A stretch of DNA of 64,000 bases from an uncultured Chloroflexia bacterium (GTDB lineage: Bacteria; Chloroflexota; UBA6077; JACCZL01), in NCBI GenBank assembly GCA_963765765.1, contig CAVXYC010000020.1, forward strand, positions 192,001 through 256,000. Direction: 5' to 3'. The notes beneath the pieces were generated by a model. That model was not told the origin of the DNA and ran no database searches. It saw nothing but the letters and a program-made list of their open reading frames with translations. This document shows, one piece after another, positions 40,256-51,277 of this stretch. How positions within the stretch are numbered: the stretch's first letter is position 1; each line of letters starts with the position of its first letter. The position numbers and the translations under genes are program-made.

Positions 40256-41187
40256 TTGTGGCGCACAGCCCGAGACGGCACGTGAGCCTCGCGGAACACA
40301 CCTCGCTCAAAGTTGGCGGGGCGGCGGACTGGTACAGCGAACCTCGCGATCTTGAAACACTGCGGGCAGATATCGCATTCGCAATGAGCCAAGCGGTCCC
40401 GATCAAGGTCATCGGCGGCGGGTCTAACCTTCTGATTTCTGATGACGGCATAAAGGGCCTGGTCGTACGTCCGCGGATGCAAGAGCTGCTCCTCGAGGCG
40501 GACGGCGACACCGCGGTTGCTCGGGTGGCGGCTGGGGCCAATATCGGCGCTCTCGCCCGATCTCTGGCCAGACAAGGATGGAGCGGATTGGAGTGGGCAG
40601 CCACCGTACCGGGATCGGTGGGCGGGGCAGTGGTCAACAACGCCGGAGCCTTCGGCTCATCGGCGTCCGAGCACATCGTCTCGATCACGCTCCTGGTGGA
40701 TGGCACCGAGACCCGCACGTTGAACGTTGAGGGGCTAGATTACGGCTATCGGACCAGCGTGTTGAAACGAGGTGAGACCGGCACCGGAGTCGTTATCGAT
40801 GCGTCGTTCGCGTTACGCCGGATCGATCCCACGATGGCGTTACGATCGATTCAAGAATTCCAGACCCGGCGAACGGCCACCCAGCCCCGGATACTCAGCG
40901 CCGGCAGCGTGTTTGCTAACCCTAGCGGTGACTACTCAGGTCGTCTGCTCGAGGCAGCGGGCGCAAAAGGGCTTCGCCGCGGCGACGCGGAGGTCTCACA
41001 GCAGCACGCCAATTTCATCGTTAACCACGGAGGAGCATCCGCTTCAGATGTCTTCGAACTGATGGTGGAGGCTCGCCAACTGGTCTGGAGGCAGTTTGGA
41101 GTGCTGCTACAGGCGGAGATCGAACTTGCCGGTCGATGGACCGAACAGCAGCACCAGCGGCTCGACGGTGAGGTGACTTCCGTATGA
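40252..41187 (+). CDS. murB: UDP-N-acetylenolpyruvoylglucosamine reductase
   Basis: [48 protein letters not shown]. Confidence 0.96.
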   Translation: MIVAHSPRRHVSLAEHTSLKVGGAADWYSEPRDLETLRADIAFAMSQAVPIKVIGGGSNLLISDDGIKGLVVRPRMQELLLEADGDTAVARVAAGANIGALARSLARQGWSGLEWAATVPGSVGGAVVNNAGAFGSSASEHIVSITLLVDGTETRTLNVEGLDYGYRTSVLKRGETGTGVVIDASFALRRIDPTMALRSIQEFQTRRTATQPRILSAGSVFANPSGDYSGRLLEAAGAKGLRRGDAEVSQQHANFIVNHGGASASDVFELMVEARQLVWRQFGVLLQAEIELAGRWTEQQHQRLDGEVTSV

Positions 41188-41999
41188 TTGACAGGGACGC
41201 ACGCCCTCGTTCAATGCTTTCACCTGTCTCCATTCCTGATCGGCTAAGGCCTACCCGCTCAAGGGAGTGGACCTCTCCCTCCGTTTCTTCGGAAGAGCGA
41301 AGTCGCGCCGGGTTGATCATGGGGAGAGTCATAGCTGTACTCGGATTGATAGCGACTTCCGGGCTGGTGTATCATGTCGCATTCTCACCGCAGTACCATC
41401 TGCGCGATATTCGAACAATTGGGAATAGCCTCGTTTCAGCGTCAGAAGTAGAGACCGCGGTACTGGAGTCCAATACCGAGGCGTTCTGGCTCCGGACGAA
41501 TAACGTGCGCAAGCGGCTATTGGACATTCCCGCGGTTGCTGACGCCGATGTTCGGGTGGTACTACCGGATCGTGTGGAGGTTCGGCTTCGCGAGCGAGCG
41601 CCTTTTGGGGTGTTGCAAACCGGCGCAACGGCTCAGTTACTGGACATCGATGGCATAGTCATCGGAACCACGGGCCAGGCGCCTCCAATATTGACGATCC
41701 GTAACCTTGATGCATCAACTGAGCTGCCTGCCCGCTTCGATCCGGAAACCTTCGGAGCAATCAAGGGTCTCAGCAATCATCTCGGCGGAACGGCGTTTGA
41801 ACCAACGACCTTCGCCTATTCCCGGAGCTCTGGTCTCGAGTTTGAGACCCGCGAGGGAATGCTCGTTCGCCTGGGAGACAATAAGGACTTGGATTGGAAG
41901 CTGGGCGCGCTGGATAGAATGCGTCAATACCTCGTCGAGAATCGGTTGAGAGCCCAGCTCATTGATGTTCGATTTCGCGACCGTCCCTATTTTCGCTAG
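41184..41999 (+). CDS. ftsQ: Cell division protein FtsQ/DivIB
   Basis: Single TM, POTRA-like region, C-terminal IDVRF; position before ftsA. Confidence 0.8.
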   Translation: MIDRDARPRSMLSPVSIPDRLRPTRSREWTSPSVSSEERSRAGLIMGRVIAVLGLIATSGLVYHVAFSPQYHLRDIRTIGNSLVSASEVETAVLESNTEAFWLRTNNVRKRLLDIPAVADADVRVVLPDRVEVRLRERAPFGVLQTGATAQLLDIDGIVIGTTGQAPPILTIRNLDASTELPARFDPETFGAIKGLSNHLGGTAFEPTTFAYSRSSGLEFETREGMLVRLGDNKDLDWKLGALDRMRQYLVENRLRAQLIDVRFRDRPYFR

Positions 42000-42018
42000 C
42001 TTGGATCCTGCCTGAACC

Positions 42019-43248
42019 ATGGCAAGTGAACGAATCATTGTTGGCATAGATGTAGGGACGACCAAGATCTGTACGTTGATCTCATCGGTCACTGATGACG
42101 ATCAGCTCGAGATCATTGGCGCCGGTGTCACTCCATCGCGTGGTCTCCGCAAGGGCGTTGTGGTAAACGTGGACGAGGCCATGGAAGCGATAGAAGCTTC
42201 TGTGAGCAAAGCCGAGCAGCAATCAGGCTTCAAAATCGTCTCCGCCTACGTGGGAATTTCAGGCGCGCACACCCAATCCGCGAACGGCCAGGGTGTGGTA
42301 GCGGTTCGTCGTAGCGATCACCAGATCAGCGATGAGGATGTGGGACGAGTTCTCGAGGCCGCCCGCACGATTACTCTGGCGCCTGAGCGAGAGATCATCC
42401 ATATCATTCCGCGGCACTACATTGTGGACGGCCAGGAAGGCATCACCAATCCCGTCACCATGGTTGGGCATCGACTTGAAGTCGAAACGACCATAGTCAC
42501 CGGTATGGTGAATGCGATTCATAACCTGACGCGCTGCATCGAGCGGCTCGATATAGGGATTGACGAGCTCGTACTACAGAGTTTGGCTGCGGGTGAAGCC
42601 ATACTGACGCCAGCAGAAAAAGACCTGGGTGTTGCGCTCATTGATCTTGGCGGAGGCACCAGTGACCTTGCCGTGTACCAGGATGGTGCGGTTGCTTACG
42701 CTACGTCGCTGCCAATTGGCGGCAGCCACATAAGCAACGACATCGCAATTGGGCTTCGCACACCATTGGCGGCCGCCGAGGAGATCAAGATTCGGCATGG
42801 GCACGCCGTGATCGACTCAGTAGAGGAAGGCAAGACTATTGACGTTGCAGCCTTCGATACTGGTGAAGGCCGTCCGATCTCGCGTCGACTCCTGAATTCC
42901 ATCATCGCCGACCGTCTAACGGAGACATTCGAGCTCCTTTCTGAGCAGCTCCGTCGTGCCGGCTATTCAGATCCGCTTCCGGCTGGTATTGTACTGGCCG
43001 GGGGAACTGCCCAGATGGCGGGAATTCGAAGAATCGCGGCCGAGGTCTTCCAGAGCCCAATTCGAGTAGGCACTCCATCTGGAATGTTCGGCCTAGTAGA
43101 CTCTGTAGCGACACCGGCTTTCGCGACGAGCGTTGGGCTCTTAAAATGGGGGCTCACGCAGATGGATGAACATGGATATAACGGCTCCAATGGACTCGGC
43201 AACTCATTGGGACGGGTCGTACAATGGCTGAGGGGCTTTTTCCCATAG
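42019..43248 (+). CDS. ftsA: Cell division protein FtsA
   Basis: [34 protein letters not shown]. Confidence 0.97.
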   Translation: MASERIIVGIDVGTTKICTLISSVTDDDQLEIIGAGVTPSRGLRKGVVVNVDEAMEAIEASVSKAEQQSGFKIVSAYVGISGAHTQSANGQGVVAVRRSDHQISDEDVGRVLEAARTITLAPEREIIHIIPRHYIVDGQEGITNPVTMVGHRLEVETTIVTGMVNAIHNLTRCIERLDIGIDELVLQSLAAGEAILTPAEKDLGVALIDLGGGTSDLAVYQDGAVAYATSLPIGGSHISNDIAIGLRTPLAAAEEIKIRHGHAVIDSVEEGKTIDVAAFDTGEGRPISRRLLNSIIADRLTETFELLSEQLRRAGYSDPLPAGIVLAGGTAQMAGIRRIAAEVFQSPIRVGTPSGMFGLVDSVATPAFATSVGLLKWGLTQMDEHGYNGSNGLGNSLGRVVQWLRGFFP

Positions 43249-43301
43249 AACATCACGACGTGGATTCAGGTTTGAGCTTCGAACACCTCCTGGAGGCCAG
43301 A

Positions 43302-44450
43302 GTGGACGGACAGCTGGACGGCAGCGCCAGGATCGTCGTGATCGGCGTTGGCGGTGGCGGGAGCAACGCCGTCAACCGGATGATTCAGGCAGGCGTGCGT
43401 GGCGTTGAATTTGTCAGCGTCAACACGGACGCTCAGGCTCTTGCGCGCGCGGAGTCGCCTGTTCGCCTCCGCATCGGTGAAAAGCTTACTCGCGGCCTCG
43501 GCGCTGGCGGACAACCGTCCATGGGCGCACGCGCGGCAGAAGAAAGCGCCGAAATGGTGCAGGAGGTCTGTCGGGGCGCGGATATGGTGTTCATTGCGGC
43601 TGGGATGGGCGGCGGCACCGGAACTGGCGCATCACCAGTTATCGCGAGCCTGGCTCAGGAATGCGGGGCACTCGTCGTTGGTGTCGTCACCAAGCCCTTC
43701 ACGTTTGAAGGCGCTCGACGTCGCAATTCGGCGGAAGAGGGTATTCAGAAACTCAAATCACGCGTCAACACACTCATCACGATCCCCAATGACCGACTCC
43801 TCCAGATCATCGATAAGAAAACATCGCTCGAGCAGGCATTCTCGGTGGTGGACGATGTCCTGAGGCAGGGTATCCAGGGAATCTCAGAGCTCATCACCGA
43901 GCCAGGTCTCGTTAACCTCGACTTCGCGGACGTGAAGACGATCATGTCGGAGGCAGGGTCGGCCTTGATGGCCATCGGTCGAGGCGCAGGAGAGACGCGA
44001 GCGGCAGACGCGGCCCGTATGGCAATCTCCAGCCCGCTTCTCGATGTCTCGATGGAAGGCGCGCGTGGCGTACTCTTCAACATCACGGGTGGAGCGGATC
44101 TGACCCTGAGTGAGATACAGGACGCAGCTGACATCATTGGTAAGGCCGCCGACTCCGAGGCGAACATCATCTTCGGCGCAGTGATCGATCAAGCGCTGGG
44201 CAATGAAGTGAAGATCACCGTTATTGCTACCGGGTTCGATACAGACGTGCTGGCGCAACGGGGCTCGGAAAGCGCCCGAGAGCGGCCGCGAGAGCGTCAG
44301 AGTGAACCCGAGCGCGGACGTACTCGTCCCGAAACACTCCTCAGCGATTCACTGGCACTTGATCGGGACCCGGCCGAATATGCGCAGCTCCTGGATGCTG
44401 AAGACGATCTCGACCTCCCTCCGTGGGTACGCCGAAATCGACAGCGTTAG
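43302..44450 (+). CDS. ftsZ: Cell division protein FtsZ
   Basis: [30 protein letters not shown]-terminal [12 protein letters not shown] start after GGAGG (ATG at 43224 is the alternative). Confidence 0.98.
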   Translation: MDGQLDGSARIVVIGVGGGGSNAVNRMIQAGVRGVEFVSVNTDAQALARAESPVRLRIGEKLTRGLGAGGQPSMGARAAEESAEMVQEVCRGADMVFIAAGMGGGTGTGASPVIASLAQECGALVVGVVTKPFTFEGARRRNSAEEGIQKLKSRVNTLITIPNDRLLQIIDKKTSLEQAFSVVDDVLRQGIQGISELITEPGLVNLDFADVKTIMSEAGSALMAIGRGAGETRAADAARMAISSPLLDVSMEGARGVLFNITGGADLTLSEIQDAADIIGKAADSEANIIFGAVIDQALGNEVKITVIATGFDTDVLAQRGSESARERPRERQSEPERGRTRPETLLSDSLALDRDPAEYAQLLDAEDDLDLPPWVRRNRQR

Positions 44451-44453
44451 TGA

Positions 44454-45233
44454 ATGGCGGCGCCGTCTCAGCCTGATCTCCCGCTATTTCAGTTCACTGC
44501 CATCCAGGCGATCAAACGTGTTACGCACGGCGTGACAACTCGTCATGGTGGCGTGAGCAGCGGACCGTACGGATCGCTCAACCTCAGCCTCTCCGTGCAC
44601 GACGACGAGGCCGCCGTTCTCGAAAACAAGCGCCGAGTCGCGGCGGCGTTCGGCACGTCACCTGAGGCGTTGCTGACCACGAAACAGGTCCATGGACGCT
44701 CTGTCGTTCCCGTGGAAGACGACTGGTGGTCGGTGGATGAGTCTCCGAAAGCGGATGCACTAATTACCGACCGACCGGGGCCGTTGCTGCTTCAGCGCTT
44801 TGCCGACTGTGTGCCAATTTTTTTCGCCGACTCAAATGGCGGCGCGATCGGTCTGGCCCACGCGGGTTGGCGCGGCACCGTTCAGAATGTCGGCGCTGCA
44901 ACTGTGCGGGCCCTGGAAGCGTCATATGGAACGAAACCCGGAGATTTGGTGGCTGGCATTGGGCCGTCCATCGGCCCATGCTGTTTCGAAGTAGGACATG
45001 AAGTCGCAGAGCAGTTTGGCGGGATGCCGAACGTCATCTTAAATATAGGGGAGAAGCCGCACATCGATCTGTGGGAAGCGAACCGAAGGGCCCTGGTCAC
45101 CGCGGGGGTGTCGCCAGAGGCCATCGAGGTTTCGTGCATCTGTACGCGATGCCGGCAGACGGACTATTTTTCCCATCGCGCTCTCGGCTATCCGGCTGGA
45201 CGTTTCGGCGGCGTTATCGGGCTCAGCTCATGA
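44454..45233 (+). CDS. pgeF: Peptidoglycan editing factor PgeF/YlmD
   Basis: TTRHGGVS, QVHG, ADCVP, HAGWRG, GPSIGPCCFEV, YFSHR. Confidence 0.93.
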   Translation: MAAPSQPDLPLFQFTAIQAIKRVTHGVTTRHGGVSSGPYGSLNLSLSVHDDEAAVLENKRRVAAAFGTSPEALLTTKQVHGRSVVPVEDDWWSVDESPKADALITDRPGPLLLQRFADCVPIFFADSNGGAIGLAHAGWRGTVQNVGAATVRALEASYGTKPGDLVAGIGPSIGPCCFEVGHEVAEQFGGMPNVILNIGEKPHIDLWEANRRALVTAGVSPEAIEVSCICTRCRQTDYFSHRALGYPAGRFGGVIGLSS

Positions 45234-45925
45234 CCGACCTCGCCGACAACCTGGCCAGGGTTCGCGAGGCGGTGGCCGAATCAGCTCTGGCGGCGGGACG
45301 ACGACCCGGCGACATCACCCTGGTTGGCGCATCCAAGACAGTGCCACCGGAGCGCGTCGCCGAGGCAGTTCAACTGGGCCTGACGGACCTTGGCGAGAAC
45401 TTTGTTCAGGAAGCAGAGTCGAAGATTCCGCGTGTGCGAGAGCTCACCGGCACGAGAGTGACCTGGCACATGATCGGCCATCTCCAGAGCAACAAGGCGA
45501 AAGCCGCGCTGGAGTACTTCGACGTAGTCGAGACGGTGGACTCGCCCCGACTCGCCTCTGTCCTAAGTCGACGTGCTGAAGCAAGATCTGTGAATGCCCT
45601 GATAGAGGTGTACGTAGGCAACGAGGCGGACCGACCTGGGATCAGGCCCGAGAATCTCGAGCATGCTTACTCTGCAATGCTCGAGCTACCGAATCTGGAT
45701 GTGCTAGGCCTGATGACCGTTGCTCCTCTGGGTCTGGATAACGTTCAGACTCAGGCCGTGTTCCGTCAAGTTCGCGAGCTTCGCGATAGACTGCGCGATG
45801 CCCATCCTGAGCATGATCTCGAGACGCTCTCAATGGGTATGACTGAGGATTTCCCACTGGCGATACTCGAGGGCGCGACGGCTGTACGGGTTGGGCGCGC
45901 CATCTTTGGAGCACGACCATCCTAG
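45230..45925 (+). CDS. yggS: PLP homeostasis protein YggS
   Basis: GASKT, GENFVQE, HMIGHLQSNK, LSMGMTEDF, VRVGRAIFG. Confidence 0.96.
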   Translation: MTDLADNLARVREAVAESALAAGRRPGDITLVGASKTVPPERVAEAVQLGLTDLGENFVQEAESKIPRVRELTGTRVTWHMIGHLQSNKAKAALEYFDVVETVDSPRLASVLSRRAEARSVNALIEVYVGNEADRPGIRPENLEHAYSAMLELPNLDVLGLMTVAPLGLDNVQTQAVFRQVRELRDRLRDAHPEHDLETLSMGMTEDFPLAILEGATAVRVGRAIFGARPS

Positions 45926-46191
45926 CCTCCTTCCTGATCTCATTTATTGACATCCTTTTTCTCGCGCTCAACCTGGCAATCCTGGGCCGAATCATCATGA
46001 GCTGGATTGCACCAAACAGCGAAGGTCCGATTGCGCGCGTGCTCTTTGACGTCACGGAGCCGATCCTCGGCCCGTTCAGGAAAATCATTCCGCGCATCGG
46101 GATGCTCGACATCTCACCGATGGTCGCGATTATGGTGATGCAGCTCGTGGAGCAAGCACTCAGGGGCATTCTGAGGTCTTTCGCGATCTGA
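45919..46191 (+). CDS. yggT: YggT/YlmG membrane protein, probable non-canonical (ATC) start
   Basis: VTEPILGPFRKIIPRIGMLDISP. The first TM (FLISFIDILFLALNLAILGRIIMSW) lies upstream of the first ATG. Confidence 0.85.
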   Translation: MLASFLISFIDILFLALNLAILGRIIMSWIAPNSEGPIARVLFDVTEPILGPFRKIIPRIGMLDISPMVAIMVMQLVEQALRGILRSFAI

Positions 46192-46261
46192 CCATCCATC
46201 GCGAAAGTGGACGATTGCCTGAACATCAGGGGACGGCGACGACCAATCGTAGTGGTGTCCG

Positions 46262-46885
46262 TTAGGAAAAGTTCTCCTTGAGCGCCCGCTCAAAGATTGG
46301 CTTGTTCACGACCATGACCTGGTGAAGCGCCTCGAGCCCCTGGTCTCCCCGGCGAAAGAGGTGGCGCACTGGCTCATAGCGCGGAGCGGTGAGTACTTTC
46401 GCCGTCGTTCGTAGTCGATCCCAGTACTCATTGACCTTCCGGAATCCTAGCCGCTCGTACAGGTGCATCGCGCGACCATTAAAAACCGCGACGCTGAGGT
46501 ACATCCGATCGAATCCAAGAGATCCGAAGAAGTACTCCATGAAGGTCGTCAGCGAGTCGGTGCCATATCCGCGGTTCAGAAACTCGGGCCGCAAATCGAT
46601 GCCCAGCGTAGCGGACCCTTCAGGTCGGTGACGGTGGCGTAAGAAAATGCGTCCGATGAGCTCTCCTTTGAGATCGTCCACGGCGAACGGAAGCTGCGCC
46701 TGCCGACCCACAAGGTCCTCAAACCAGGCGTCCCGCATTCCGGCGGACATTGACGGCGGATTATAGGCCTCGAAGAGCGGATCGCGGTGGGGCGGCCACT
46801 CGATCCAGCGGTCCACATCAGCTCGAGTGAACCGCCGAATCCGCGTTTTCTCGCCGATTGCTACATAGTCAGTCTGAACGGCCAA
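46262..46885 (-). CDS. GNAT (RimJ/RimL-like) acetyltransferase
   Basis: LGIDLRPEFLNRGYGT, NGRAMHLYERLGF; start uncertain. Confidence 0.82.
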   Translation of the reverse strand: MAVQTDYVAIGEKTRIRRFTRADVDRWIEWPPHRDPLFEAYNPPSMSAGMRDAWFEDLVGRQAQLPFAVDDLKGELIGRIFLRHRHRPEGSATLGIDLRPEFLNRGYGTDSLTTFMEYFFGSLGFDRMYLSVAVFNGRAMHLYERLGFRKVNEYWDRLRTTAKVLTAPRYEPVRHLFRRGDQGLEALHQVMVVNKPIFERALKENFS

Positions 46886-47144
46886 GTCGCAGCAGCCTTT
46901 CCAATACGGTACCCTCGGCATCATCGATCGCAACGACTTTTGCTCGCCCGTGTGCTCCACGGATGATCTGCACGGCGGAACGCCGGATCGACAGAGCGTC
47001 GCTCAACGCGCGCTCGATTCCCTCATTTGCCCGCCCATCCTGCGCCGATGCTCGCACCCAGACCTGCACCGTATCAGGAGCTACCAGGCGCACTTCTTCC
47101 CGCCGTGCATTGGGATGCGCGCGGACGTTGAGATACACCGTCAA
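46869..47144 (-). CDS. DUF167/YggU family protein
   Basis: VRAHPNA, DGRANE, IIRGAHGRAK. Confidence 0.85.
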   Translation of the reverse strand: MTVYLNVRAHPNARREEVRLVAPDTVQVWVRASAQDGRANEGIERALSDALSIRRSAVQIIRGAHGRAKVVAIDDAEGTVLERLLRLGRSD

Positions 47145-47210
47145 CGCTTCCTCGCGGCGCGCGGCACCCCGCCAATGAGGCGTTCGCGGTCAAGGCCCAC
47201 AGAGGGCCCA

Positions 47211-47219
47211 TGATATACT
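47211..47219 (+). promoter_or_regulatory. Extended -10 promoter for hisS operon
   Basis: TGATATACT about 47 nt upstream of hisS. Confidence 0.55.
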
Positions 47220-47265
47220 TCCTTCCCGGCCAGAGCGCCGGGAATCTCATTTTTGGAGACTATCG

Positions 47266-48531
47266 TTGTTTCGCTCTCCGCGAGGCACGCAAGACGTTCT
47301 ACCCGAAGATAGCCACTATTGGCGCTTCGTCGAGGAACAGGCGCGTCGCCACGCTGTCCGCTGTGGTTATGGCGAGATCCGTACCCCGACGATAGAGGAA
47401 ACCGCATTGTTTCTTCGTGGTGTCGGAGAAGGAACGGACATCGTCGATAAGGAAATCTACTCATTCAAGGACAAAGGCGACAACGATCTAGCGCTTCGCG
47501 CCGAAGGCACCGCCCCGGTCATGCGGGCCTATCTTCAGCATAATCTCCAGCAACAACCAACACCCGTACGCCTCTTCTCTTTGATCAACGCGTTCCGGTA
47601 CGACCGACCGCAGGCTGGTCGGTATCGCGAGTTCCATCAGTTCAATTGCGAGGCGATTGGCGATACCGATCCCCTAGTAGACGCGGAGATAGTCTTGTTA
47701 CTCTGGGACTTCCTCAATGGCGTAGGGCTCCAGAATCTGACGGTCCAGCTCAACAGCATCGGCGACAACACATGTCGACCAGCGTACAAGCAGGCCTTAC
47801 TTGAGTATTTCTCCAGCCACGAGTCGGAGCTCTGTGATGATTGTCGACGGAGACTTTCGACAAATCCAATGCGCATTCTGGATTGCAAAAATCCTCGCTG
47901 CGAGCCGGTCATCTCCAAGGCGCCTAGAACGATCGACTACTTGAGTCCCGAGTGCCAGGAGCACTTCGATCGGGTGCAAGAGTACCTGACGATCCGTGAG
48001 GTCCCGTTCCAGATCAATCCAAAGCTCGTGCGGGGACTGGATTACTACACGCACACGGTGTTTGAAGTTTGGCCGGCCACAGTGGGCGCACAGTCTGCCT
48101 TGGGTGGCGGTGGCCGTTACGACGGTCTGGCCGAGCAGATTGGCGGCCCAGCAACGCCCGGAGTTGGTTTCGCCACGGGTTTGGAGCGCGTAATTCTCAA
48201 TCTGAAGGAACAGGGTGTCGAGCCTCCAAAAGAGCCCGCGGTGCAGGTGTACTTCGTGGTGATGGACGAGGAAGGCCGCAAGCAGGCGCTTCGACTTGCA
48301 ACGCGGCTCCGCGCCGATGAGGTGCCCAGCACCATCGCGCCGAGAGGGAAGAGTGTACGCGCCCAGATGCGCCAGGCAAATGCGCTGGGCGCTCGGTACG
48401 CCGCGATCCTGGGCGGCGATGAATTACAGGCCCAGGAAGTCACGTTGCGGAACCTCACCCAACAAGAGGAGAGCCGTCTGCCCTATGACGAATCAATAGC
48501 CCTACTGACCGCGGCGAGCAAGAAGGACTGA
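47266..48531 (+). CDS. hisS: Histidine--tRNA ligase
   Basis: PRGTQD, LRAEGTA, RYDRPQAGRYREFHQ, LVRGLDYYT, GGGRYDGL. Confidence 0.98.
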   Translation: MFRSPRGTQDVLPEDSHYWRFVEEQARRHAVRCGYGEIRTPTIEETALFLRGVGEGTDIVDKEIYSFKDKGDNDLALRAEGTAPVMRAYLQHNLQQQPTPVRLFSLINAFRYDRPQAGRYREFHQFNCEAIGDTDPLVDAEIVLLLWDFLNGVGLQNLTVQLNSIGDNTCRPAYKQALLEYFSSHESELCDDCRRRLSTNPMRILDCKNPRCEPVISKAPRTIDYLSPECQEHFDRVQEYLTIREVPFQINPKLVRGLDYYTHTVFEVWPATVGAQSALGGGGRYDGLAEQIGGPATPGVGFATGLERVILNLKEQGVEPPKEPAVQVYFVVMDEEGRKQALRLATRLRADEVPSTIAPRGKSVRAQMRQANALGARYAAILGGDELQAQEVTLRNLTQQEESRLPYDESIALLTAASKKD

Positions 48532-48536
48532 TCATC

Positions 48537-49625
48537 ATGGCTGAATCAGTTTCGCGCGACGCGGTATTGGCCCGGCTGGCGGAGATGCGAGATCGCTACA
48601 CAGAGATCATCACGGAGATGAGCTCACCGGAGGCGGCGACCGATCCGCAAACGATGCAGCGACTTGGCCGTCAGCAATCGGAGCTTTCTCCAACTGTCTC
48701 ACTCTACGAACGATATCTGGCGATCCAGCAAGAGATCGACGAGGCTCAATCCATGTTGGACGACGGAGCCGACGCCGAGATGAAGGCGTTTGTGCGCGAG
48801 GAGATCGAGCGTCTGGAAGCTGAGCGGGGTCCGATCTTTGAGCAGCTCGCTGATGTGCTTCGGCCACGCGATCCGAATGATTCGCGTGATGTGATCATGG
48901 AGATACGGGCGGGTACAGGCGGTGAAGAAGCCTCCCTCTTTGCGGGTGATCTGCTGCGTATGTACCTCCGCTACGCTGAGGTACGTGGCTGGAAATCCGA
49001 GGTCATGAATACGAACGGGACCGATCTCGGCGGTATCAAAGAGGTCACGGTCGAGATTCGTGGGCTCGGTGCCTTCTCTCGCCTCAAATACGAGAGTGGC
49101 GTTCATCGGGTGCAGCGCGTGCCCGCCACAGAGGCCAGTGGGCGAATTCACACCTCCACCGCGACGGTTGCCGTGCTGCCCGAGGCCGATGAGGTCGATG
49201 TGCAGATCAACGATGAGGATCTCAAGATCGACGTGTACCGAGCAGGCGGCCACGGTGGCCAGAGTGTGAATACCACCGACTCCGCGGTACGAATCACCCA
49301 CATTCCTACGGGCGAAGTTGTGATCTGCCAGGATGAGCGGTCACAACTCAAGAACAAGCTCAAGGCGATGGCCGTGCTGCGTTCCCGCCTATATGAGCAT
49401 GAAATTCGTCGACAGCACGAGAGCACCGACCAGATGCGGCGCTCAATGGTGGGCTCAGGCGAGCGCGCTGAGAAAATTCGGACGTACAACTTCCCGCAGA
49501 ATCGAATTACCGACCATCGAATCGGACTCACGCTGCACAATCTCAACGAGGCTCTTGAAGGTGGCATAGACCCTATGGTCGATGCGCTCTCTGTCGCAGC
49601 CGAGCGTGAGGCAACCGCCGTCTGA
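48537..49625 (+). CDS. prfA: Peptide chain release factor 1
   Basis: HRVQRVPATE (PxT), GGQ, IRTYNFPQNR. Confidence 0.97.
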   Translation: MAESVSRDAVLARLAEMRDRYTEIITEMSSPEAATDPQTMQRLGRQQSELSPTVSLYERYLAIQQEIDEAQSMLDDGADAEMKAFVREEIERLEAERGPIFEQLADVLRPRDPNDSRDVIMEIRAGTGGEEASLFAGDLLRMYLRYAEVRGWKSEVMNTNGTDLGGIKEVTVEIRGLGAFSRLKYESGVHRVQRVPATEASGRIHTSTATVAVLPEADEVDVQINDEDLKIDVYRAGGHGGQSVNTTDSAVRITHIPTGEVVICQDERSQLKNKLKAMAVLRSRLYEHEIRRQHESTDQMRRSMVGSGERAEKIRTYNFPQNRITDHRIGLTLHNLNEALEGGIDPMVDALSVAAEREATAV

Positions 49626-49631
49626 CCGCTC

Positions 49632-50495
49632 ATGTCAGTGATGACTGAGGTGATCGCTAGCTCCTTCAGGCGCTCCGCCGAGCATTTACGCCTCGCAGGT
49701 GTCACTGACTCTGCTCTTGAAGCACGGCTTCTCCTGGAGCATGCGCTCGATCGCGATCGTTCATGGATACTGGCGCATCCGGAGATCCCGCTCTCTACGG
49801 ATCAAGAAGGTCGGCTTGCCGATCTCGTCACACGTCGATCGCGTGGAGAGCCAATCGCCTACATCCTTGGGCGGCGTGAGTTCTATGGCATGAATTTTTA
49901 TGTCGACCGGCGAGTACTGATTCCCCGTCCCGAGACGGAGGTTCTCGTGGACGAGATCCTCCGAGTCTCGATGGCAAGGTCAACGAGCGTACACATCGTC
50001 GATGTGGGAACGGGATCCGGCGCAATTGCGCTTGCGGTCGCGGCGCACCTGCCAGAAGCGAAAGTCACAGGAGTGGATTGCTCCGCCGATGCACTAGAGG
50101 TTGCTAAGCTGAACGCACATCAACTCGGTCTGATCGATCGCGTCACCCTCATCCAAGGCGATCTACTTTCCTGGATGCAAGAGCCCGTGGACATAGTCGT
50201 GGCAAACCTGCCGTATATTCCGAAGGAAACGGTGCCACAGCTGCCGTTGGGAGTGCGCGAGTATGAACCGACGTTGGCGCTCGACGGCGGTGTTGGCGGG
50301 CTCGCGCTTAACCTCAATCTAATCGGGCAGATAACTGGGCGCGTTAAGTCGGGTGGCCACGTATTCCTGGAATGTGAGCCTTTTCAGATCTCGGACCTAT
50401 CGCTCGCAGCCCAGTCGTCTGTGACCGGTGCCATCGTCTGCGCGCTACTGGACGGCTTTGGCCACGAGCGCTTCATTCACGTGACGGTGCCCTGA
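49632..50495 (+). CDS. prmC: Release factor glutamine methyltransferase
   Basis: GEPIAYILG, LIPRPETE, DVGTGSG, NLPY. Confidence 0.95.
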   Translation: MSVMTEVIASSFRRSAEHLRLAGVTDSALEARLLLEHALDRDRSWILAHPEIPLSTDQEGRLADLVTRRSRGEPIAYILGRREFYGMNFYVDRRVLIPRPETEVLVDEILRVSMARSTSVHIVDVGTGSGAIALAVAAHLPEAKVTGVDCSADALEVAKLNAHQLGLIDRVTLIQGDLLSWMQEPVDIVVANLPYIPKETVPQLPLGVREYEPTLALDGGVGGLALNLNLIGQITGRVKSGGHVFLECEPFQISDLSLAAQSSVTGAIVCALLDGFGHERFIHVTVP

Positions 50496-51154
50496 TGAGC
50501 GAGCTCGTTCCGACCATCTGCAAATGGCCCGCGGATTCCGAGGCGCAAGTATCCTTGATTCAGCGCACAGCGGAGATCCTGGCGGACGGAGGGCTGGTAG
50601 TCTTTCCCACTGACACCGTCTATGGAATCGCAGCCGATCCTTTCAATACGGCCGCCGTGGAGCACATTTTCCTGGTGAAGCAACGCCCTTCGGAGAAGCG
50701 CATCGCCCTGCTAGTCAGTGGTCCGGAGAACTTGGAGCGGCTTGCTACAAACGTTCCCGCGGAAGCTCGCCTACTAGCCCAGGCGGCTTGGCCCGGCGCA
50801 CTCACCATCGTCCTCGAGTGCTCGCGACCCGAGCTGGGCCCTACCATCGCGCTGCGCTGGCCCGACCATGAAGTACCCACACGCATCGCTATGGCCTTTG
50901 ACTCACCAATAGCAACCACAAGTGCAAATTTATCCTCGTTACCCAGCCCACGCACCGCTGAGGATGTTCTGGTGCAGCTTCCGTCTGGCTACGAACTGCT
51001 GATCGATGGCGGCGAGACTCCCGGTGGCGTCGACTCCACAGTGATCGACTTCTCATCGGGCGAGCCTAAACTTCTGCGTAGAGGTGGCTTGGAGAGAAGC
51101 CTCATAGTTAGGGCGCTAGGTGCAGAAGCGACCTCGCGCCTGCTGGACTCTTAG
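50495..51154 (+). CDS. tsaC: L-threonylcarbamoyladenylate synthase (TsaC/YrdC, no Sua5 C-domain)
   Basis: FPTDTVYG, KQRP, WPGALT, TSANLS. Confidence 0.93.
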   Translation: MSELVPTICKWPADSEAQVSLIQRTAEILADGGLVVFPTDTVYGIAADPFNTAAVEHIFLVKQRPSEKRIALLVSGPENLERLATNVPAEARLLAQAAWPGALTIVLECSRPELGPTIALRWPDHEVPTRIAMAFDSPIATTSANLSSLPSPRTAEDVLVQLPSGYELLIDGGETPGGVDSTVIDFSSGEPKLLRRGGLERSLIVRALGAEATSRLLDS

Positions 51155-51161
51155 GCTCAGC

Positions 51162-51254
51162 GTAGTGGCGTCCCTTTGCGCGCGCCACCCAGGTAGCCCA
51201 AACCCGCGATGATTAATGGCGATTTCCAGGTGTCTCCCGTAACGGGAGGCACTA
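51162..51254. repeat. Degenerate GTAG-type REPIN between convergent genes
   Basis: gtagtggcgtccctttgcgcgcgccacc / ggtgtctcccgtaacgggaggcacta; resembles 408-503. Confidence 0.55.
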
Positions 51255-51277
51255 TATGTATCGTTTGCGCTTGGCAA

